53,878 nucleotides of DNA from a virus. Lineage: Duplodnaviria > Caudoviricetes. Under the pieces are notes generated by a model, which saw only the letters and a list, made by a program, of their open reading frames with translations, searched no databases and was not told the DNA's origin. Below are positions 1 to 9,140 of the stretch, one piece after another; the stretch's first letter is position 1, and each line of letters begins with the position of its first letter. A program made the translations under genes and the position numbers. Location of the stretch: the IMG/VR virus record IMGVR_UViG_3300049172_000115, positions 1 to 53,878 of that record, one strand, 5' to 3'.

Positions 1-148
1 GGTGCGCCGGGTGACCTCCGAGCCCACGCTGGCCGACTACTACCGCCGTCAGGGCTTCCGCCTGGTACGTGAGCGGACCTTCCGAGGACGGCCCGTGTAC
101 GCCCTCCAGCGGCCCGCGCAGCTCCTGCCCGAGCCGCTCAGCGCATAA
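1..148 (+). CDS. C-terminal fragment of probable GNAT acetyltransferase (partial)
   Basis: Frame from nt 2 reads ...PTLADYYRRQGFRLVRE...PLSA* (TAA 146-148); YY-x-R-x-GF is a typical GNAT C-terminal motif. Confidence 0.55.
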   Translation, partial: VRRVTSEPTLADYYRRQGFRLVRERTFRGRPVYALQRPAQLLPEPLSA

Positions 149-152
149 CGCA

Positions 153-184
153 CCTGGGGGCCCGCTGACCGGCAGGCCCCCAGG
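153..184. terminator. GC hairpin between convergent genes
   Basis: cctgggggcc...ggcccccagg inverted repeat. Confidence 0.5.
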
Positions 185-206
185 TCTGGTCACCAGCGGC
201 GGTCAG

Positions 207-629
207 TCACTTCCAGTTCTCCGGGCACGGCACCGGGCCGACTCCGGGCTGCGCCTTCCCTTGCAAGCAGCGGATAACGGCCCGGGAGACGTACTGGCCG
301 GAGGTGCTGTAGTACCCCCACACGACGTCGGCGCCGGCGTCCTGGCGGAGCGTCTGCTCGGCGTATCCCACGCGAGCGTCGATGCTGAACGACTCGACAC
401 CGAGCGGCGGGTGCTTCTCCATCTCCCCGCGCAGCCACTTCGCCGCAAGGTCAGCCTCCGTGAACGACTCCGCGATCTGCTTCACCGGCCGTCGTAGCCA
501 GTCCTTGATCAGGAACGGGGCGTAATTCGAAGGCGCCTCTCCCCTGCGGACGGCGGAGTCGGGGTGCGCGCGGCCGGTGTACGAGTAGGCGTGCCAATGG
601 TCGTCCACGGTGATCTCCCAGAGGGGCAA
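207..629 (-). CDS. hypothetical protein
   Basis: 140-aa ORF with protein-like composition; true start may be the GTG of VDDHW. Confidence 0.65.
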   Translation of the reverse strand: MPLWEITVDDHWHAYSYTGRAHPDSAVRRGEAPSNYAPFLIKDWLRRPVKQIAESFTEADLAAKWLRGEMEKHPPLGVESFSIDARVGYAEQTLRQDAGADVVWGYYSTSGQYVSRAVIRCLQGKAQPGVGPVPCPENWK

Positions 630-659
630 GTAGGAGGAGGGGTGACAGTAGCGCGGGGG

Positions 660-1562
660 TCAGACAACGCGGAGGGCAGCGCGGCGGACCAGGTCGGCCA
701 TCGCGGCTGTCTCGGCCGACGTGAGCTGAAGCAGCGACCCGATGAGGTAGTCCCTTATCCGGGTCACCGCGTCGACCGGCCCGCCGGTCAGGTCCGCCGG
801 CGGGATAACGGCCCGCAGGGCGGGGTCCGTCAGCGCCGTGGCGAGGATCTCGGTCACCAGGCGTTCAGCCACCCAGTGGGGTGTGCGTTCCCGGATCGCG
901 ACGGTCAGGTGGACGCTGGTGTCCTCGCCCTCGGTGTACGGGGCGTGGATAAATCCGCGCGGGAGCCAGAACGCCGTGCCGGGCTCCAGCGTGAACGACA
1001 GCGGCGGCGGCGTGACCGCGAGGTACTTTCGCTCCTCCTCGGTGAACCCCCTTTGGAGGAAGTTCCCGTGTTCCGTCGTCGGGTTCTCCACGATCGGCGG
1101 GTGGACCAGCCACCTCTTACGCCCGTGGACTTGAAGGATCAGGGTCACGTACGGGTCGTAGTGGTACCGGAACCCCTGGCAGCCGCCGGGGGTGATGTAG
1201 GCGTTGATGTGGACGGCGCATCCGCTCTGCTCCTGGACTGCGGCCCGCAGCCGGGACACCGACGGCTTGACGGTCTCCAGGTGCCGGAGCGACACAGTCC
1301 CCCCGGCGTCCAGGTGCGCCCGGACACGGCCGGGCGCCGGCATATCTCGCGGGCCCTGGTACCGGTGGCGTTCCACGACACGCCCGTCCTCGATCAGCTC
1401 AAGGTTCCGCAGTGCGACGCATTCCGTGTCCACCCACGTGTTCACCTCCTTCATGGTGAGGAGTTCCGCGAACCGGTCAGGGGCGTGCTGCCACCGGATG
1501 GGCTCCGTAGGCCAGGCGGCGAGGAGCGGAGCGGGGTCCCCGACGATGTCGGACAGCTGCAT
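660..1562 (-). CDS. JmjC/cupin 2OG-Fe(II) oxygenase (RoxA/YcfD/NO66-like)
   Basis: NAYITP, HYD...LQVHGRKRW and LPRGFIH motifs giving the HxD...H facial triad. Confidence 0.9.
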   Translation of the reverse strand: MQLSDIVGDPAPLLAAWPTEPIRWQHAPDRFAELLTMKEVNTWVDTECVALRNLELIEDGRVVERHRYQGPRDMPAPGRVRAHLDAGGTVSLRHLETVKPSVSRLRAAVQEQSGCAVHINAYITPGGCQGFRYHYDPYVTLILQVHGRKRWLVHPPIVENPTTEHGNFLQRGFTEEERKYLAVTPPPLSFTLEPGTAFWLPRGFIHAPYTEGEDTSVHLTVAIRERTPHWVAERLVTEILATALTDPALRAVIPPADLTGGPVDAVTRIRDYLIGSLLQLTSAETAAMADLVRRAALRVV

Positions 1563-1584
1563 GGTGATGCTCCTGGAGTGAAGG

Positions 1585-1616
1585 CGGCGCCCCGGCCGAG
1601 GGGGACCGGGGCGCCG
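1585..1616 (-). terminator. hairpin between DUF397 and JmjC genes
   Basis: cggcgccccgg...ccggggcgccg inverted repeat. Confidence 0.45.
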
Positions 1617-1634
1617 TAGGGTTCGACCGCTCGG

Positions 1635-1859
1635 TCAGAGGGACAGGCCGCGCTCGTTCAGGAAGCCGCGGGCGAACGTGACGATCTCTTCCTCCGTCAT
1701 GCACAGCTGGTTGCCCGCGCCCTCGGGCTTGCTGTCGGTCAGGGAGTAGCCGCCACCGACCAGGTCGGCGATCTGCATGCACGACTCGACGTCGTTGCCG
1801 CTGTTCCCGCCGCAGAACTTCGAGTATTCGCCGGCTACCTCACGCTCGTACAGGCTCAT
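1635..1859 (-). CDS. DUF397 family protein
   Basis: C-GGNSG...SCMQIA...LTDSKP...EIVTF pattern matches DUF397; GGAG RBS upstream. Confidence 0.75.
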   Translation of the reverse strand: MSLYEREVAGEYSKFCGGNSGNDVESCMQIADLVGGGYSLTDSKPEGAGNQLCMTEEEIVTFARGFLNERGLSL

Positions 1860-1970
1860 CGTGGTCTCCTTCGCTCTCTTCGCCGGACGACCCGGCGGAG
1901 TCGTACATCGGCCGGTCCCGGTTCGGGTACCGGCCTCCCGCCCGAAGCCCGGGCGGAAGCCTTCGTGCTC

Positions 1971-2261
1971 TCAGCGCTGCGCGTTGTACGTCTGGATCAG
2001 GTCCTCGAGCCGTTGCATGCACGGCTCGCAGGCGTGGAAGGGGGCGTGCCCGTGGTCCTGGCTCTGTACCGGGCCGAGCCACATCACCGGCAGGCCGGTG
2101 CCGTCACAGCGCCAGCAGTTGCCGGTGACCCACTCACGTCCCGGCGCGGAACGCCCCGCCTCTTCCCCTGACGGGCCCACCCCGGCCGGCCCGGGCGCCA
2201 CGGGGGAGGGCGCACCGGGGCCGTCGAGCACGGCTGGTACCGGCCGGGGTGGGAGCTTCAT
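1971..2261 (-). CDS. small Zn-ribbon-like hypothetical protein
   Basis: CWRC...CEPC pairs; ATGA-coupled to upstream ORF. Confidence 0.65.
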   Translation of the reverse strand: MKLPPRPVPAVLDGPGAPSPVAPGPAGVGPSGEEAGRSAPGREWVTGNCWRCDGTGLPVMWLGPVQSQDHGHAPFHACEPCMQRLEDLIQTYNAQR

Positions 2262-2341
2262 CGGGTGATGCCGTAGGTGAGGACGCCCAGTAGCGCGCCC
2301 AGCACGACGACGTACAGCACCTGTCCGCGACGGCTACTCAT
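2258..2341 (-). CDS. 27-aa single-TM peptide (not in ORF track)
   Basis: MSSRRGQVLYVVVLGALLGVLTYGITR; ATGA overlaps with both neighbours. Confidence 0.6.
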   Translation of the reverse strand: MSSRRGQVLYVVVLGALLGVLTYGITR

Positions 2342-2739
2342 GGCGCCGGGGTCCGGGTCAGATTCTCGTGGTGGTCGCACAGCGAGATCACGGCCATGGC
2401 CAGCTTCCGGGCGTATCGGCTGTGCGCATCCGGCTGGGAGCCAGGGCGGGCGGTCAGGCGCCGCTCGGCCTCGTCCGCGCCGATGCTCGCGATCGCGGAC
2501 AGGACATCCCCACTCGTCCGTCCTCGAGCCAGCGCCCGGACCTCAGGCACCAGGCGGCAGATGTAGCCGCGCATCTCCGCGACCAGGGCGCCCGTGTTGC
2601 CCCCCAGCTCGCCTACCGCTTCGGCCCGGCACGCCCAACCTGCTGCGGCCCGCATGGGAGCCACATCGAGCGCCTGGCCCTCGTTACCGGCCGAGGGGAC
2701 AGCAGCGTCGGCCCCGTCGTCGACCCGCGTGCCGCTCAT
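2338..2739 (-). CDS. DUF6415-like protein
   Basis: Start ATG 2739 overlaps upstream stop; LDVAPMRAAA...MRGYICRLVPEV...ARKLAMAVISLCDHHE resembles Streptomyces DUF6415. Confidence 0.65.
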   Translation of the reverse strand: MSGTRVDDGADAAVPSAGNEGQALDVAPMRAAAGWACRAEAVGELGGNTGALVAEMRGYICRLVPEVRALARGRTSGDVLSAIASIGADEAERRLTARPGSQPDAHSRYARKLAMAVISLCDHHENLTRTPAP

Positions 2740-3326
2740 GCGTAGGGCCCGTTGGCGGCGCGGGTGACGGCCCGGTGCCGGCCGAACATGACGAGCTGGG
2801 AGACGGCGTGGGGCGAGCACAGCATCCCCGCGGAGTCCATCGGGACCGACCAGTACACCCGCGCCCTGTCCTCGCGGCGCATGCCCGGACGGGGCACGCC
2901 CAGGGTGGAGCCCACCCCCAGACACGTGGTGTCGGGCACGTCCCACCGGCGCGCGGTGCTCGCCGGGACGAGGGCGTAGTACCAGCATGCGTGTTGGTCG
3001 CAGATGACCGGGCCGTCGAGCAGGGCATCCGCGAGGTACCGGTCGAGGGCGTCGAGGTCGGTGCTCTGCCCTGCGGCCTGGACGATGGCGGCGGGGATGC
3101 GTACCGCCGCGAACAGCCCGCCGCAGGCCAACATGGCGATGGGGTGCTCTCTCCACTGCTCGCGCACCTGATGGGCGTCCGGACCGGCCGCCAGCAGCCA
3201 GTGCCCCGCAGCGAGTTGCCGCTCGCCCTCTGTGGTCACACGAGGCGCAGCGCATTGGTTGAGCTCACCGGTCTCGGCCAGGGCGCGGCTCTGGATGCTC
3301 TGCTCGGGCGCGGGCGTGCGGCTCAT
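2736..3326 (-). CDS. conserved actinobacterial hypothetical protein
   Basis: GGLFAAVRIP, GPVICD, YYALVP, LGVP, WSVP motifs typical of Streptomyces accessory clusters. Confidence 0.75.
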   Translation of the reverse strand: MSRTPAPEQSIQSRALAETGELNQCAAPRVTTEGERQLAAGHWLLAAGPDAHQVREQWREHPIAMLACGGLFAAVRIPAAIVQAAGQSTDLDALDRYLADALLDGPVICDQHACWYYALVPASTARRWDVPDTTCLGVGSTLGVPRPGMRREDRARVYWSVPMDSAGMLCSPHAVSQLVMFGRHRAVTRAANGPYA

Positions 3327-3520
3327 GCGAAGTGCTCCGTCCGCGTCTTGACGATCGCGTACAGGACGGGCACGTTGCGGGCCTCAGCACAGGCCCTGTG
3401 GGCGTAGACCGACCTCGGACTGCCCGACACGCTCTCTTGCACTCGGACGCACACGTCGGCACCGCCGGCCGGACAGTACGCGCAGTCCGGCGGCGCGTGG
3501 TCTGTACGGTTGTCCTCCAT
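3323..3520 (-). CDS. small Cys/His protein
   Basis: CAYC...HRAC; coupled to downstream gene. Confidence 0.6.
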   Translation of the reverse strand: MEDNRTDHAPPDCAYCPAGGADVCVRVQESVSGSPRSVYAHRACAEARNVPVLYAIVKTRTEHFA

Positions 3521-3616
3521 GGCACTCCCCGACTCGTCGGCTCCGGTTCGTGCCCAGAGTTCCGGTCGGGGAGGTGCCCATCGCTCACAGTTTTGTGAGC
3601 GCTGTGAGTGTTACGG

Positions 3617-4798
3617 CTACAGGCCGATCCAGGCGGCCATGTGCGCGAGGCTGTCGGGTGTGCGGCGAGCAGTGTGCAGCAGCCCGGTGATGGCCTCGCG
3701 GGTGCCCGGGTGGTAACGGGTCTGCTCAGGGGCGGCCTTGCGGGCCTGCACGAGGTGCTTCAAGGCGCTGTCGGTGTACCCCGTCTCCATCTCCGCCATG
3801 GCGCGGTCGACCAGGTACCGGGCGCGCCGGGAGGTCAGCGTCGACTCCGGCAGCTTCAGCTTCCGGGCCTGGAGCAGCGCATCGTCCCACGCCCGGAGGT
3901 TGATCGAGGCACCCAGCTCGTGGAGCGCGATGTTCACGTTCCCGAAGGACAGCCAATGGATCTCGGGCGCCTCTCCGCCGACCCGGACCGCCAGCTCCCG
4001 CGCCTGCTGGATGTGCACGGCGACGGCATCCCGATCGTCCGCGCGGGCGGCGACCGCCGAAGCGCCGAGGTGCAGCTGGCCGGCGATCGCGAGCGCTTCG
4101 CGGGACGTCTCGCCCTCGAGCATCGCGTGCCCGGCCTGGATGAGCCGCCGCCCAAGGTCGTGATCCGACCGCTTGTGCCCAAGAGCCCGCTTGTAGTGGC
4201 GGATCGCGGCGAGGCAGGGATCCGAGGCGCGTTCCGCCGCCCAGCCCATCCGGTCGAGGGCGATCGTCGCCAGGTCTCGGTATCCGACCTTGAGCGCGAT
4301 GTCGTGCGCGGTGCGGTAGCTGGAGGCGAGGGCCTGCCACGTTCTCGTCGTCGGCGCGGTCTGCGCCGTGTACGTGAGATCGGCGATGAGGGCCGGCAGG
4401 TCTGCTGCAGCTTTCCGCAGGTGGGTGGCCCGTACCTGCTGGCACAGACGGTCGGCGTCCTGGACGAGCCGATCGAGCGGTGGGGGTGTCCGTGGCCCGG
4501 TCGAGGGGAGATCGTAGAGGTCCAGGGCCTCACGGATCGGGCGGACGAGGGTGGCGAGGCGGCCTCGCTGTATGTCGGTCACGGTAGCTGTTCCTGTGAG
4601 CACGGACGCGTCCACGCCCAGCGCGGAGGCGACTGCTACAACGAAGTCGTCCTGGGGCACGCGGGCCCCGCATTCGACCTGGTTGAGCAGGCTGTACGAG
4701 TAGGGGATGCGTTCCGCGAGCTGCCGCTGCGTCAGGCGGGCTAAGCGGCGCTGCTCTCTGATTCGGGCACCCGTGTGTTCGCCGTCCAGTTTGGGCAT
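3617..4798 (-). CDS. XRE-family HTH transcriptional regulator with helical C-terminal domain
   Basis: GARIREQRRLARLTQRQLAERIPYSYSLLNQVECG HTH_3; start ATG 4798 with GGAG RBS; TTA at codon 19. Confidence 0.9.
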   Translation of the reverse strand: MPKLDGEHTGARIREQRRLARLTQRQLAERIPYSYSLLNQVECGARVPQDDFVVAVASALGVDASVLTGTATVTDIQRGRLATLVRPIREALDLYDLPSTGPRTPPPLDRLVQDADRLCQQVRATHLRKAAADLPALIADLTYTAQTAPTTRTWQALASSYRTAHDIALKVGYRDLATIALDRMGWAAERASDPCLAAIRHYKRALGHKRSDHDLGRRLIQAGHAMLEGETSREALAIAGQLHLGASAVAARADDRDAVAVHIQQARELAVRVGGEAPEIHWLSFGNVNIALHELGASINLRAWDDALLQARKLKLPESTLTSRRARYLVDRAMAEMETGYTDSALKHLVQARKAAPEQTRYHPGTREAITGLLHTARRTPDSLAHMAAWIGL

Positions 4799-4916
4799 AC
4801 TGGTCTCCGTTCCAGACTCGTCATCCGGAACGGTACCCAGCGCGGTCGCGTCTGGACACCAAACCGCCCCCAATCCCCCTCGGAATGGGGGCGGTTCAAT
4901 GTGATCGGATGAGCGC

Positions 4917-5459
4917 ATGACGAGGACCCTGTATCTGTTCTGCTCCGCTGCCCCGCCGGTGTTCGACGTCGCCAAGGTGATCGAGGACGCTCAGGCCCGG
5001 GGATGGGACGTGTGCTTGGGGCTGACGCCCACTGCCGCCCGGTGGCTCGCCCCGCACCTCGACGGGCTGGCTACCCTCACCGGCCACCCCGTCCGATCCG
5101 AGTACAAGACGCCCGGTGACCCAGACGTCTGGCCCAAGGCCGACGTCGTCCTGGTCGCTCCGGCCACGTTCAACACGATCAACGCCTGGGCCCTCGGGCT
5201 GACGGACAGGTTCGTCGTCGGGGTGGTCGCCGAGGGCATCGGGAAGGGCATCCCGATCGTCGCCATGCCGTGCGTGAACGCGGCCTACGTCCAGCACCCG
5301 CAGTTCGCACGGTCGGTCGAGACCCTGCGGGCGGCCGGTGTGCATCTGCTGTACGGCGAGGGCGGGTTCGTCCCCAACCAGCCAGGTCAGGGCCGCCCCT
5401 CCGCCTACCCGTGGACGCTCGCTCTCGACGCCGCCGAGGCGGCGCACCCGGCCGTCTGA
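4917..5459 (+). CDS. flavoprotein (HFCD/PPC-decarboxylase-like family)
   Basis: TPTAARW, VAPATFNTINAWALG and PCVN motifs; divergent from the XRE gene. Confidence 0.9.
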   Translation: MTRTLYLFCSAAPPVFDVAKVIEDAQARGWDVCLGLTPTAARWLAPHLDGLATLTGHPVRSEYKTPGDPDVWPKADVVLVAPATFNTINAWALGLTDRFVVGVVAEGIGKGIPIVAMPCVNAAYVQHPQFARSVETLRAAGVHLLYGEGGFVPNQPGQGRPSAYPWTLALDAAEAAHPAV

Positions 5460-5500
5460 ACCGCTGGAGTGTCGACGGGGCCGCCCGTACTCTGGCAGGC

Positions 5501-5902
5501 ATGACCTCCCCCTCCTGGCCTGACGGCCCGGCGCGCCCTGCGCCGGCCGCCGTGAACGACGCGATCAGGCGCCTGATGGAGCAGCCCGCCACCGAACAGC
5601 GGACTGAGGAGTACACACGGCTGCTCGTCCTCTGGGCTGAGGCCACAGCCGGGCACGACGATCTACCGCTCCCCCGCTTCGGGCCAGCACGACGGTGCCG
5701 CGCCCGCGTTCCACACCAGCGGGATGCCATAGGCCCCGGCGGACCGGCTCGACGAGCGGGCCCGCGCTCGGCAGCTCGCCCGTGCCCGAAGGGGCGGGGA
5801 ACGGCAAAGGCGCCAGGCTCGGTTCGTGAGCCTGGCGCCTTCGTCGACAACAGCGCAGCCATGCGTTTGTGTGGACAGCTCCACGATACGGACCAGCACT
5901 GA
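5501..5902 (+). CDS. small hypothetical protein, probably leaderless; 3' end uncertain
   Basis: AAVNDAIRRLM...EYTRLLVLWAEA; TACTCT 7 nt before ATG; the frame runs on through a terminator hairpin. Confidence 0.45.
   Translation: MTSPSWPDGPARPAPAAVNDAIRRLMEQPATEQRTEEYTRLLVLWAEATAGHDDLPLPRFGPARRCRARVPHQRDAIGPGGPARRAGPRSAARPCPKGRGTAKAPGSVREPGAFVDNSAAMRLCGQLHDTDQH
5807..5841. terminator. bidirectional terminator-like hairpin
   Basis: aaggcgccaggctc-N7-gagcctggcgcctt between the convergent accessory and lysis units. Confidence 0.7.
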
Positions 5903-6084
5903 CAACGAGCGAGCCCGACCGCACTCAGGCCGTTGAGTGTGGCCGGGCTCGTCTGCGACGCCGCAGGGGGGATGCGGCACGCCGCGCCGTGGGCGAGCGG
6001 GGGAGCCCGGCGCGGCAGCGGACCCAGTGTTCACCACCAACGGCCTTGCATGCATGCAAACCGCTGAAAAGGGCGGGCGCCTTG

Positions 6085-6489
6085 TCAAGCGGGCGCGGAC
6101 GCCGGCGGTGGTTCATCCGGGTCGTCGGGCGGTTCCAGCGCGTCGCCGCAGGCGTGCTCGTCGGGGCACAGGCGGCGCAGCCGCTCGTTCCCCCAGTCGA
6201 CCGCATCCCGCAGCGACTCACCGGAGTTGGGGTACAGCTCGTGCTCGAAGCTGTCGAGGCGATCCTCGATCCCGCTGACGCGCTCCATCACCCCGGGCCG
6301 TGCCGGTACCCCGGGTCGCGCCGGTTCCCCCGCCCAGTCGTCCATGAACTGGTGGACGCGGCGGGAGAGGCGCAGCGTCCCGCGTACGCCTCGCCACGCG
6401 AGGGTGCCGACACCGGCCAGGACGGACACCGCGCCGCCCCAGGCCAGTGCCGTGTCGAGGGCGGGGATGCCGGTTGCTGCCACCGTCAC
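6085..6489 (-). CDS. phage membrane protein of the lysis cassette
   Basis: GTG 6489; N-terminal TM; GVMERV...PNSGESLRDAV motif common in actinophage lysis-region proteins. Confidence 0.8.
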   Translation of the reverse strand: MTVAATGIPALDTALAWGGAVSVLAGVGTLAWRGVRGTLRLSRRVHQFMDDWAGEPARPGVPARPGVMERVSGIEDRLDSFEHELYPNSGESLRDAVDWGNERLRRLCPDEHACGDALEPPDDPDEPPPASAPA

Positions 6490-6716
6490 TCCTCGGTCGT
6501 TTCGCGCGGCGTGTGCTTCGCCTTCCACCCGGCCGCGAACGTGGCGAGGGTCGGGATGATCGCGAGGAGGAACGGGCTGAGGCCGTCGGGCACAGGCTCC
6601 AGGAGCCGCTCGTTGTCCTGCACCGCGGCGAGGATGCCGAGGAGCCCGGTGAAGCCGAGGTAGGCCGCGGAGGTCGCGAACGTGACTTTCCGCTCCACGG
6701 GGTCGTGCTTTGCCAT
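6486..6716 (-). CDS. holin
   Basis: 76 aa, two TM segments, VERKV start and HTPR end, directly after endolysin. Confidence 0.8.
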   Translation of the reverse strand: MAKHDPVERKVTFATSAAYLGFTGLLGILAAVQDNERLLEPVPDGLSPFLLAIIPTLATFAAGWKAKHTPRETTEE

Positions 6717-6733
6717 GGCCGTACTCCTTCCAT

Positions 6734-7660
6734 TCAGGCGACGATGTCGAAGCCGTGCTTGTCGGCGAGTTTGGTGAGGGAGGTCCTGCCGGGGATGCCG
6801 TCTGCGGCCTGGCCCGGCTTGCGGCCACGGAAGCCGCATCGCTCCTGCCAGCGGCTCATCGCGGTCAGGGTCGTCGTGCCGTAATGCCCGTCCCCGTACC
6901 GCTTGGCCAGCAGCCCTTCGTTGATGAGCGCCGTCTCGACAATGGCCACGCCCGGGTACGACACCGGCGTCCCGCGCTTCGCCGGGTCCGTCTTCGCGGC
7001 CGTGATGAGCCGTGACAGGTCGACCACGAGACGGGCCGGCGGAGGCGGAGGCTCGACGGGGCCGGTGACGCCGAGACGTTCGGAGATCCGGCCGCGCATG
7101 TCGTTCATGCCGAAGCCGCGCGGGTCGATCTTCCCGGGCTGCCACTCGGCATGGCCGATGACGCTGCGCGCGGTCCAGCTGTGCGCCCTGCAGACCGCCG
7201 CGGAGGCCTTCTCGATCGCCTCCAACTGGGCCGCAGGCCAGGGATCCTTACCGTCGCCGAGGTTCTCGCACTCGAAGCCGTAGAAGTGCCTGTTCCCGTC
7301 GACAGTGGCTTCGTTGTCGACCGGCAGCACGGACCGCTCGGCGATGACCGCGCGCAGCACGTCCGGATCGCCCAACCCTGCATGGTTGGCGCGGCCGTGC
7401 CCGACCAGGTAGACCGAGCCGTCCTTGGCGATGACGCCGTGACACAACGGCCCCGGCAGGGCGCTGTGCCCCCTCCTGCAGAGCTCGACGGTGGACTGTG
7501 TCCCGCGTGTGACGGTGTGATGGATCATCACCCCGTTCACGGGCCCCCACAGGCCCTTGTGGCTGCGGTTGTGGGTGCGCCAGTTCCCTACCTCAACGAC
7601 GTGGAGACCTTCGGCGCGAAGTGCGCGCAGCAGCCGGTCGGCGGCGAGCGGGGTGGCCAT
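6734..7660 (-). CDS. endolysin, N-acetylmuramoyl-L-alanine amidase with C-terminal peptidoglycan-binding domain
   Basis: VMIHHT, ANHAG, GFECEN, IGHAEW..KIDP; DGHYG and ADGIPG PG-binding motifs. Confidence 0.95.
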   Translation of the reverse strand: MATPLAADRLLRALRAEGLHVVEVGNWRTHNRSHKGLWGPVNGVMIHHTVTRGTQSTVELCRRGHSALPGPLCHGVIAKDGSVYLVGHGRANHAGLGDPDVLRAVIAERSVLPVDNEATVDGNRHFYGFECENLGDGKDPWPAAQLEAIEKASAAVCRAHSWTARSVIGHAEWQPGKIDPRGFGMNDMRGRISERLGVTGPVEPPPPPARLVVDLSRLITAAKTDPAKRGTPVSYPGVAIVETALINEGLLAKRYGDGHYGTTTLTAMSRWQERCGFRGRKPGQAADGIPGRTSLTKLADKHGFDIVA

Positions 7661-7932
7661 CACACACGCTCCGGCCAGTGCCAGGAGCCGGCGACCTGCC
7701 CGGCCCCGTCGGCGAGGACGGAGCCGCCGGCCGACAGCGGGTGGAAGAACTGGCCCGTGGGGTTCAGGACGGCGAGCCCGACGCGGCCCGGGTCGTCGGC
7801 GTCGACCTCGGTGATGACCGCGGCGCGGCACGCCGGCGGGAACTGCTGCGAGCCGTCGCTACGGATCGGGGTGCCGTGCGACACGTAGTGGACTATGCGG
7901 CCGACGGCCGCAGTGTGTTGAGACATGGGCAC
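7660..7932 (-). CDS. conserved phage hypothetical protein
   Basis: VGRIVHYVSHG...CRAAVITEV...WHWPERV. Confidence 0.8.
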   Translation of the reverse strand: MPMSQHTAAVGRIVHYVSHGTPIRSDGSQQFPPACRAAVITEVDADDPGRVGLAVLNPTGQFFHPLSAGGSVLADGAGQVAGSWHWPERV

Positions 7933-7940
7933 ATCCCTCG

Positions 7941-8231
7941 TCAGTCCTGGGTGGGGTCGGGCGGTGTGTAGCGGGAGAGGTGCCGGGCGGTGGCCTCTGG
8001 GATACCGGCCGCGATCAGCGCGTTGTACGCGTCCTGCGCGGCCGCGAGTTCGGCGGCCTGGGTGGCTTCGAGGTCCTGCTGCCGCTGCTGCTCGATCGCG
8101 GCGATCCCGGCCTCGTATTCGGCCTGCGTGATCTCGACTGCGCCCTCCGGCGGCTGCGGCACGGTGTTGGTCGCGTCGATCCTGACCAGCGACCCGTCCG
8201 CGTACCGGTAGAAATACGCCTGTTCCTCCAC
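7941..8231 (-). CDS. phage protein, possible fibre-assembly factor
   Basis: GTG 8231; GAVEITQAEYE followed by coiled coil. Confidence 0.65.
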   Translation of the reverse strand: MEEQAYFYRYADGSLVRIDATNTVPQPPEGAVEITQAEYEAGIAAIEQQRQQDLEATQAAELAAAQDAYNALIAAGIPEATARHLSRYTPPDPTQD

Positions 8232-8232
8232 G

Positions 8233-9072
8233 TCATGCTCCCGGGTTGCTGATGATCCACACATGGATGTCGGCCTGCACGCGCTCGTACACAGCGCCGC
8301 CGATGCCTCGGCCTGCCATGACGTTCACGGTGTACGTGGTCGTCGCCCCCGGTCCGATCGAGCCCGCGCCCATCTTCACGAACTGGTGGTGAATGAGGCT
8401 GGCCGTGGTCGAGCCGGTGTTGACGTCGTACGTCATCTGGTCGCCCTCGATGCCGGTCATGGCACCAGCACCGGGCGGCAGGGTGATGTCGACGTCGCCC
8501 TGCCTGGCGATGACGACGAACGCCTCGCGACACGGGTCGGGGTTCGTCACCTCCACCGAGAATGTGGTGATCGTCGTCGCAGCGACCGGCACCGCCACAG
8601 CGGGCGAGAAGGACTGGTTGAAGACCTGCCCGAAGAAGTCCATCCGCGGCAGCGGCTCGCCCCGCAGGGAGCCGTCCGGGGCGCAGAACACGCCACCGCC
8701 CTCGGCGGCGACGTCGCAGGCGTACGGCCAGGTGCCGCCCGCCACCGAGATGGGATCAGCCGCGGAGCCGTCGCCCGCCAGTCCACACCCGGTAGCCACG
8801 ACGGCCGCGCCGGGCGCCACGAACAGGCCACCCGAATCGAGGGTCAGCGTGTTCCCTGGGGTATCTGAAACGTCCGCACCGATCACGCCCGTTGCCGGGT
8901 CGTATGCCACGCCCGGCCCGGCAGACAGGCAGGCCCGTACGACTGAACAGTCAGCCGCCTCGGCGCTGATGACGATGGGGTTGGTTGTCGAGCCGGTTCC
9001 CACCAGGCTGATGCCTGGGCCGGCTGTGATGGTGCATGTGCACCGGGACCCGCTGCAGCCGCATCGGGACAT
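8233..9072 (-). CDS. minor tail/fibre protein
   Basis: ATG 9072 (MSRCGC) with GGAGG; GTGSTTNP and GLAGDGSAADPI fibre-like repeats. Confidence 0.75.
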   Translation of the reverse strand: MSRCGCSGSRCTCTITAGPGISLVGTGSTTNPIVISAEAADCSVVRACLSAGPGVAYDPATGVIGADVSDTPGNTLTLDSGGLFVAPGAAVVATGCGLAGDGSAADPISVAGGTWPYACDVAAEGGGVFCAPDGSLRGEPLPRMDFFGQVFNQSFSPAVAVPVAATTITTFSVEVTNPDPCREAFVVIARQGDVDITLPPGAGAMTGIEGDQMTYDVNTGSTTASLIHHQFVKMGAGSIGPGATTTYTVNVMAGRGIGGAVYERVQADIHVWIISNPGA

Positions 9073-9098
9073 GTAGGCCTCCTCGAATCGAGGATGAG

Positions 9099-9131
9099 GC
9101 CCGGCCCAGAACCAGCGGCATGGCGAGTCTA
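9099..9131 (-). promoter_or_regulatory. late leader motif copy 1 with -10 box TAGACT
   Basis: GCCGCTGGTTCTGGGCCGGGC (9119-9099), -10 at 9131-9126. Confidence 0.75.
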
Positions 9132-9140
9132 GAACACCTG

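Noticed and set aside
3617-4975. 452-aa version of the XRE ORF and other N-terminally extended ORF-track calls
   Set aside because: Extensions overlap neighbouring genes; internal starts with RBS or stop-start coupling fit better.
5840-6085. Prophage att site after the lysis cassette
   Set aside because: Plausible position, but the partner repeat and integrase are outside the window, so it cannot be supported.
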